Shown piece after piece: positions 58,150 to 64,000 of a stretch of 64,000 nt of DNA. The notes beneath the pieces were generated by a model that had not been told where the DNA came from, did not search any database, and saw nothing but the letters and a program-made list of their open reading frames with translations. How positions within the stretch are numbered: position 1 is the stretch's first letter; the number at the start of each line of letters is the position of its first letter. Source of the stretch: Myxococcota bacterium (GTDB lineage Bacteria > Myxococcota_A > UBA9160 > SMWR01); NCBI GenBank assembly GCA_036336695.1, contig JAYZFQ010000084.1, forward strand, positions 9,726 to 73,725. Direction: 5' to 3'. The position numbers were made by a program, and so were the translations under genes.

Positions 58150-59229
58150 GTGCATCTTGCCCTCGACATGACGCCGGCAGCTCGCTCGGACGCAACGGGC
58201 GTCGGTCGGTACGCGCGAGACCTTGCCCATGCGCTGATCGGGGAGCTTTCCGCGGGAGACGAGCTGTCCGTCTGCACGCGCCTTTCCCGTTGGCGCGAGC
58301 ACCGGCAGCGTTTCCGCCACCCGCAAGCGCGCAACCGCTGGTTTCACGCTTTCGGCGGCCCCGGGGGGCGCCCGGATGTCTTTCACGGCACCGACGCGCG
58401 ACTCCCCGAGCGCTGTCGCGCCGCGCTCGTAGCGACGGTGCACGATGTGTTCAGCCTGGACAGCGAGCACTGGGCGAGTCCCCGTTTCCGCGCGCGCAAG
58501 CGGGGACACTACGCAGCGATCGCTCGCGACGCTGAGCGGATCGTCTTCGACTCGAATGCAACGCAGGAGCGCTTCCTGGAGCATTATCCCGAGACGGCGG
58601 CACGAGGGCGGGTGGTCTACCTCGGCGTGACGCCGCACTTTCAACCCGCGGAAGCGTCGCGGATCGCGGCTCTGCGCGCGCGGTACGACTTACCGTCGGA
58701 GTATGCGCTCTACGTGGGGGAGATCTCGGCTCGCAAGAACCTCGTGAACCAGGCGCGCGGTTTGGCGGCGTCGCGGACTGCGCTGCCCTGGGTGTGGGTG
58801 GGGCGGGACTCGTTCGGCGCACCGGAGATCCATGAACAGGTACGGCAGGTTCCCGGCGTCGAACCGCGGTGTCTCGGTTACGTGTCCGATGAGTGGCTGC
58901 CGGCCATCTATTCCGGGGCCTCGCTCCTGACTTTCGCCAGTCACGACGAAGGCTTCGGGTTCCCGGCCCTCGAGGCCATGGCCTGTGGCACCCCCGCGGT
59001 GGTGGCGAGTGGAGGCGCCGTGGCCGAAGTCACCGGAGACGCCGCCATGGGAGCCGATCCCCAGGATCCGGAGTCCATCGCAGGGGCGATCCGCGACGTG
59101 GTGGAAAACCCGAACCTGCGCGAACAACTCGCGGTGCGAGGCCTCCAGCGTGCGGCACGCTTTTCGTGGCAGAACACGGCCCGGGAGATGTTCGCGGTGT
59201 ATCGCGAACTCGTGCCCCGCGCATCCTGA
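58150..59229 (+). CDS. Glycosyltransferase family 4
   Basis: TGVGRY, TVHD, YVG..SARKN, EGFGFPALEAMACGTP, FSW. Confidence 0.93.
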   Translation: MHLALDMTPAARSDATGVGRYARDLAHALIGELSAGDELSVCTRLSRWREHRQRFRHPQARNRWFHAFGGPGGRPDVFHGTDARLPERCRAALVATVHDVFSLDSEHWASPRFRARKRGHYAAIARDAERIVFDSNATQERFLEHYPETAARGRVVYLGVTPHFQPAEASRIAALRARYDLPSEYALYVGEISARKNLVNQARGLAASRTALPWVWVGRDSFGAPEIHEQVRQVPGVEPRCLGYVSDEWLPAIYSGASLLTFASHDEGFGFPALEAMACGTPAVVASGGAVAEVTGDAAMGADPQDPESIAGAIRDVVENPNLREQLAVRGLQRAARFSWQNTAREMFAVYRELVPRAS

Positions 59230-59231
59230 CG

Positions 59232-61043
59232 CTACAGGTCAGCGCACGGCATGATGCGTGTGTACATGCACTTCGCCTTCATCGGCCAGTTGTTGTAGGC
59301 GTTGCGATTTGCGTCCTGGATCTGACCGTTTTCGCAGGCGATGCTGATGCTGCCCTGCTGGCGAGCCCCGTCGCTCCCCGAGTTGTAACAGGCCCCGGGA
59401 AAGGTCCCCCCGTCGCACAGATTCTGGACACGTGTGAACGTCTGGCGATATCCCGCCGCGTTCCAGTCGACGCTGTCGCAGTTGGTCGTGTCATCTTCCC
59501 AGAAGCGAATCGCGACACAGTAATCCTTGTAGTACGTGTCGGCGCAGACTTGGTAGGGTTGACCGGCCCCGTTGACGGAATTTCCCGTGCAATAGGCTCC
59601 TGAGCCGTCCCCATTCCATGTGCTTCCGTAGAGGTTGTAGAAGATGCTTCCGAGAGGGTAGGCCCCGAAACTGTAGGCAATCGTGCCTGGGCCACCTTCC
59701 CCTGCAAAATCGAGATTGCCGGGCGGCGGCCCGATCAACCAGTTCTTGGCGCTCGTCGTTTCACTCCCCTGTGTCCCGTACCGAGTAGTGAAATTCTTAT
59801 CGGTTGGCGAGAGGCAGAAGATCCGATCGTCCGCCGAGGCGCACTGGTTGGGCCAGTTTCCCTTCTGCGCGTTGTTCGGGTCCTTCAGGCCGAGATTCGG
59901 CTGTGGGTTTTCGCGGCAGGTGATTTCGTCGTACCAATCCAGGTTTTCGCCGGGGAAAAAGACGACCTTGAGGCCAACGCCCGGGAGCCCCGGTTCAGAG
60001 TTCTGCTGGATGCGTGGACGCATCGACTTGATGGCGGCACCACCGAGACTCTTTCCATCCCACGATCCCGGCTGGAACAAAAAGTTTCCTGCTCTGTTTC
60101 CGGTGCAGTAGTCACTGGTGAAAAATTCCAGCCTGGCGGCCGCGTTCGTGGAAGCGAATACAAAAGTGCCGTTGATCTCCAGGGGCCAGCTGGAGCCCAG
60201 GTTGGCGAGTGTGTCGCAGGTATTGCCCTCTTTCGAAGGGTCGAGATCCCAGGTGCGCTTGATGTTTCCAAACGTGAACGAGACTTCCACGGAGTTGGGG
60301 ACAGCTTCGGGAACGGAGCAGGCGCCGTCCTCGTTGCACTGATTGTCTTCGATGTCCTGGGTGTTCCCTTGGCATGCATTCGATCCGTTGCACGAGTTCT
60401 TCCCGATCGCGCCGATATTGTCCTGGCATGCCCCCTCGGCATTGCACGAATTTCTTGCGATCGAACCGCCTTGCTCCACGCAGGAAAATTCCCGATTGCA
60501 CGAATTTTTCCCGATTCTTCCGCTCTGGTTGTCGCACGCGTTCCCAGCATTGCAGGAGCCCTTGCTCACCTTGCCGGACTGAAAGAAGCAGGCTGCTTCG
60601 CCGTTGCAGGATCGGGTCGAGATCCGGCCTTCCTGGAACTGGCAAGCCGCTCCGCGGTTGCACGCGGACTTTCGAATGCGCCCACTCTGGGCAATACAGG
60701 CATCCTCGTCATTGCAGGAGGCGCGCTCGATCCGGCCTTCCTGGGACCGGCAGGCGCCCGACTCGTTGCACGCCTGGTTCTTGATCCTTCCGGTCTGGGC
60801 GGTGCATCCCGCGGCTGCGTTGCAGGCCTGGTTGCCGATCCGTCCGGCGTTGGCTTCGCAGGCGCCTTCTGCGTTGCACGAACGCTTGCCGATTCGCCCC
60901 TCGTTCGAAAGGCAGGCGTCGAGAGCATCGCAGGAGCGCTCCCCTACCTGGTCCTTCGCGATTGCCGGTTGGGTCGAACCTGCGAACACCGCGAGTGCGG
61001 TAAGTGCAAGAAACAAGGCAACACCGTGGGAACACTTCATCAT
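59232..61043 (-). CDS. Secreted protein with Cys-rich 18-aa repeats and an unknown C-terminal domain
   Basis: Signal peptide ending PAIA; 12 repeats; Asn/Gly/Tyr/Cys-rich C-terminal region. Confidence 0.85.
   Translation of the reverse strand: MMKCSHGVALFLALTALAVFAGSTQPAIAKDQVGERSCDALDACLSNEGRIGKRSCNAEGACEANAGRIGNQACNAAAGCTAQTGRIKNQACNESGACRSQEGRIERASCNDEDACIAQSGRIRKSACNRGAACQFQEGRISTRSCNGEAACFFQSGKVSKGSCNAGNACDNQSGRIGKNSCNREFSCVEQGGSIARNSCNAEGACQDNIGAIGKNSCNGSNACQGNTQDIEDNQCNEDGACSVPEAVPNSVEVSFTFGNIKRTWDLDPSKEGNTCDTLANLGSSWPLEINGTFVFASTNAAARLEFFTSDYCTGNRAGNFLFQPGSWDGKSLGGAAIKSMRPRIQQNSEPGLPGVGLKVVFFPGENLDWYDEITCRENPQPNLGLKDPNNAQKGNWPNQCASADDRIFCLSPTDKNFTTRYGTQGSETTSAKNWLIGPPPGNLDFAGEGGPGTIAYSFGAYPLGSIFYNLYGSTWNGDGSGAYCTGNSVNGAGQPYQVCADTYYKDYCVAIRFWEDDTTNCDSVDWNAAGYRQTFTRVQNLCDGGTFPGACYNSGSDGARQQGSISIACENGQIQDANRNAYNNWPMKAKCMYTRIMPCADL
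60306..60953 (-). repeat. Twelve degenerate 54-nt / 18-aa repeats, consensus GxIxxx(S/A)CNxxxACxxxx
   Basis: e.g. GRIGKRSCNAEGACEANA, GRIGNQACNAAAGCTAQT, GRIKNQACNESGACRSQE, GAIGKNSCNGSNACQGNT. Confidence 0.92.
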
Positions 61044-61225
61044 CTGCCTCCGGTTGGGTGCATCAGGAGCGGCAAAAAGGGTCTCGTTGGCTGTGTGGGA
61101 GGTCCTCGATCGAAATTTTCAGGCTGTGACCCGAGGTCGATTGCCCGCCGCCGGGCGACGCTTGAGGTTAGCGACAGCCCCAGGGACCGTCACCGGTGGA
61201 CTCGGAAGTCCGTCGCGGTTACCCG

Positions 61226-62476
61226 CTAGGAGAATCTCAACGGCAACTCCGAGAGCCCGCGCAGAAAGAGGTTGCTGCGGTAGGCGCCACGCGCGCCGGA
61301 AAACTTCAGTTTCGGAAAGCGCGCAAGCAGGGTACGCAGTGCGGTCTGGATCTCGAGCCTCGCCAGGGAAGCGCCGAGGCAGGTGTGGTAGCCCATTCCG
61401 AAGGTGAGGTGCGGGTTCGGCGTGCGCGCGACATCGAGCTGGTCGGGGGATGCGAAGACTTCGGGGTCGCGATTGGCGGCGCCGTTGAAGAGCACGCACA
61501 CCTCGCCGGGGGGGATCACCTGGCCGCCGATCGTCATGGCTTCGTCGGCGACGCGTTGGCTGATCTGCACCGAAGTGTCGAAGCGCAGAAACTCTTCGAC
61601 CGCCACGGGGATGCCTTCGGGAGCGTCCCGCAGCCGGGCTTCCTGTTCCGGGTTTTCGAGCAGGGCGTTCACGGACATGGCGATCAGGTCGGCGGTGGTG
61701 CCGTGCCCCGCCTGGAGGAGGATGTAGCAGCTACCGACCAGGTCTTCGTCGGAGAGGCGTTCCCCGCCGTCTTCGGCGGCGAGGAGTGCCGACATGAGGT
61801 CGTCGCGCGGGTGCTTGCGATGGTCTTCGATCAGGCCCCGGAAATACTCCTGGAAGCCCCGGGTCGCTTCCTCGCCGCGAGCGATCACTGCGTCGGAAAT
61901 CAGACCCAGTTCGCCCCGACGATGGGAGTCGTGGGCCCAGCGCTGGAATCGGGGCAGGTCTTCCGCGGGCACACCCAGCATCTCGCAGATCACCACCATG
62001 GGCAGCGGGTAGGCAAAGTCGGCGACGAGGTCCATTTCGCCGCGATCCTCGACGGCATCGAGGAGGGTGTCCACGACCTGCTGGATGCGCGGCAACCGCT
62101 GCTCCACCGAGCGCGGCGTGAAGGCCTTGGAGATCAGGGAGCGAACACGGTCGTGGCGATCCGGGGGCAGGAACAAGAGCGTGTTCAACTGCATCTCGTA
62201 GAACACCCGACCTTCGGGGCCCTGGTCGAAGATCTCGACCCCGCGGTGGTCGCTCCGTGCGGCGCGATGCCGTAACACCGTCTGTACATCGGCGTGGCGG
62301 GTGAGCAGCCAGGCCGGGCTTCCCGTCAATGCATCCGTGTGGAAGCGCGGTTCCACCTCGCGCAGCCGGTGCAGGTCGGGGTAGAGGGTGCCGCGCCGCG
62401 CCGGGTCCGAAATGATGGCGAGGATCTCGCCGGGATCTTCGAGCTCCGCGGCGTCCGGCGGTTTGATGGCCTGCAA
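61226..62476 (-). CDS. Cytochrome P450
   Basis: PPDRHDRVR, AGHGTT I-helix, EEFLR, ANRDP, HLTFGMGYHTCLG heme motif. Confidence 0.95.
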   Translation of the reverse strand: MQAIKPPDAAELEDPGEILAIISDPARRGTLYPDLHRLREVEPRFHTDALTGSPAWLLTRHADVQTVLRHRAARSDHRGVEIFDQGPEGRVFYEMQLNTLLFLPPDRHDRVRSLISKAFTPRSVEQRLPRIQQVVDTLLDAVEDRGEMDLVADFAYPLPMVVICEMLGVPAEDLPRFQRWAHDSHRRGELGLISDAVIARGEEATRGFQEYFRGLIEDHRKHPRDDLMSALLAAEDGGERLSDEDLVGSCYILLQAGHGTTADLIAMSVNALLENPEQEARLRDAPEGIPVAVEEFLRFDTSVQISQRVADEAMTIGGQVIPPGEVCVLFNGAANRDPEVFASPDQLDVARTPNPHLTFGMGYHTCLGASLARLEIQTALRTLLARFPKLKFSGARGAYRSNLFLRGLSELPLRFS

Positions 62477-62661
62477 TTCGAATTCACCCCTCGCCCACTA
62501 TAAAGCGTCTGGACGGTGCACTGGGAAGCCAGTGGGCTGAGGCCCCCGGGGGCCATTGGAAGAATTTTCCCTGCCGAGTGAAGTGCTTCACAGGCACTGC
62601 AGCGCGGGGCGCCCTAGATTGGGGGCCGTCCAGCTGCCTGGGCGCAGGAGAGGAGTATCCG

Positions 62662-63558
62662 ATGAGCCAAGCCAAGCGAACCTCCCGATGGGTGGGGTTC
62701 TTCCTCGTAGTGTCGGTTTGCGGTCCCCCGGGGCTGGCGGCGGCGGCGGGCCGTCTGACCGCGGCACTGGGAACCACCTCGGGCGATCAGGTGCTCCATG
62801 AAAGCTCCGCGGTCGAAGACGGCGCCGGGCTCGACACCGACGACGACGGGGGCTGCTCGGTGCTCGTCGACGAGGATGTGCTGATGGAAGTCTGCGAGAA
62901 CACTTCGCTCCAGCTCGAGCGAAAGGACGGCGCCCGGGATGGCGCACGCATCGTGAAACTCGACCGGGGCGAGATCCGCCTGGTGGTGGAGCCGCGTCTG
63001 GGCGAGGAGAAGATCGAAATCCACACGCCGGCTGCGATTGCCACGGTGCTGGGGACGATCCTCCGGGTCGCCGTCGATGCCAACGGGGTCACGACGATCA
63101 CGTCGGAGGAAAGCCGGGTGCTGGTCGAGAGCGCCGACGCGTCCTTGAGCGGTGCGACGACGATCCAGGGGGGGCAGCAGGTGGTGGTCGAGCCGGGCCA
63201 GGCGCCGCCGCCCCGGCCCGAGCAGTTGTCGCCGCGCGCGATCGCGGGCCTCGGGGGCTGCCGGCTCGATTTCGGTGAAGCCGCACTCCGGGCAGCCCGC
63301 CTCTCCGGGGCCCAGGACCAGATCGATGAGACGGTGGCCGAGGACATCGCCGCTGCCGGGCTGCCCGAGGAGTTCTCGGCGCGGTTGAAGAGCCTGCGTG
63401 TTGGTGGTGCGGTTGCGGGCCTCGATGATTCGTCCACGGACCCGCCGTTCCCGACAGCGGAACCTCCGCCCGATCCCCGGTCCGACACCTACATACCGCC
63501 GCCGCCGCAAAATCCCCCCGGCAGTCCCGGGGGTACGATCTCTAACCAGGGTCCCTAG
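62662..63558 (+). CDS. FecR-domain secreted protein
   Basis: Signal peptide; ENTSL, LDRGEIR, IHTPAAIATVLGT; Pro-rich tail; AGGAG RBS. Confidence 0.78.
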   Translation: MSQAKRTSRWVGFFLVVSVCGPPGLAAAAGRLTAALGTTSGDQVLHESSAVEDGAGLDTDDDGGCSVLVDEDVLMEVCENTSLQLERKDGARDGARIVKLDRGEIRLVVEPRLGEEKIEIHTPAAIATVLGTILRVAVDANGVTTITSEESRVLVESADASLSGATTIQGGQQVVVEPGQAPPPRPEQLSPRAIAGLGGCRLDFGEAALRAARLSGAQDQIDETVAEDIAAAGLPEEFSARLKSLRVGGAVAGLDDSSTDPPFPTAEPPPDPRSDTYIPPPPQNPPGSPGGTISNQGP

Positions 63559-63685
63559 CCCGGTCGCGCCCTCACGCACCTCTCCCGCAAACCAAGCGAG
63601 ACAAGAAGCCTTGACTCGACTGTGGGGAGGCTGAGCGCCTCAGCGCCTTCGGGTTTCGGCCGGCAAGCGGCTCTTGGCTCCGGAT

Positions 63686-64000
63686 CTAGTAGTGCTCGAG
63701 AGCCTGTCGCAGCATATCCGCAGCCAGCACGACCAGGAGACAACCAAATACCAGTTCGAGGTGCCGGGCTGGCAATCGATTGGCCAAGCGAACCCCCAGC
63801 GGCGCGAAGAGGAGAACCGCAGGTGCCATCAATCCAAGCGCCGGAAGATCCACGTAGCCGAGCGCATAGGCGGTTGTTCCACCGGCGCCGATCCCATTAA
63901 TGACCATCCCAGCCGTGGCCACGATAGAAATCAAAAGGCCTCCAGCACTGGCCGTCGCCAGAGCGCGATGGATGGATTGGCCAAAAGCCACCAGAGTCGG
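63686..64000 (-). CDS. TauE/SafE family exporter, C-terminal part (start outside window)
   Basis: IHRALATASAG...ALGYVDLPAL...APLGVRLANRL; paralogous to 47282-48103. Confidence 0.8.
   Translation of the reverse strand, partial: PTLVAFGQSIHRALATASAGGLLISIVATAGMVINGIGAGGTTAYALGYVDLPALGLMAPAVLLFAPLGVRLANRLPARHLELVFGCLLVVLAADMLRQALEHY

Noticed and set aside
60306-60953. CRISPR-like periodicity
   Set aside because: Repeats are degenerate at the DNA level, in frame and conserved as protein; no spacers or cas genes.

Overview
GC-rich bacterial chromosomal window with about 52 densely packed genes. I recognised no rRNA, tRNA, CRISPR array or transposase. The gene mix (PEP-CTERM protein, amidohydrolases, BVMOs, P450, DUF1214, sulfatase-like and TauE paralogs) suggests an aquatic Myxococcota/deltaproteobacterium-like heterotroph; this is inference only. 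Highlights: (1) a ~1460-aa lipoprotein fusing CBM-like modules and a GH16 beta-1,3-glucanase to a large C-terminal CxxCH (heme c) domain, divergent from a multicopper oxidase that the ORF track misses; (2) an AA10 LPMO-CBM2-GH18-CBM2 chitinase whose upstream ECF-type promoter resembles that of gene (1); (3) a membrane-anchored peroxiredoxin-like selenoprotein (in-frame TGA, U-P-Y-C, SECIS-like hairpin) behind a DsbD-like gene, with twin TetR-type operators upstream; (4) a phnZ-phnY-like phosphonate oxidation pair facing a Thr-nucleophile sulfatase-like lipoprotein; (5) a secreted protein with twelve 18-aa two-Cys repeats; (6) a DUF3050 diiron-like enzyme coupled to a TTC38-like TPR protein; (7) two other in-frame TGAs and a decayed epimerase pseudogene. 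Family calls come from reading motifs by eye, not from database searches.
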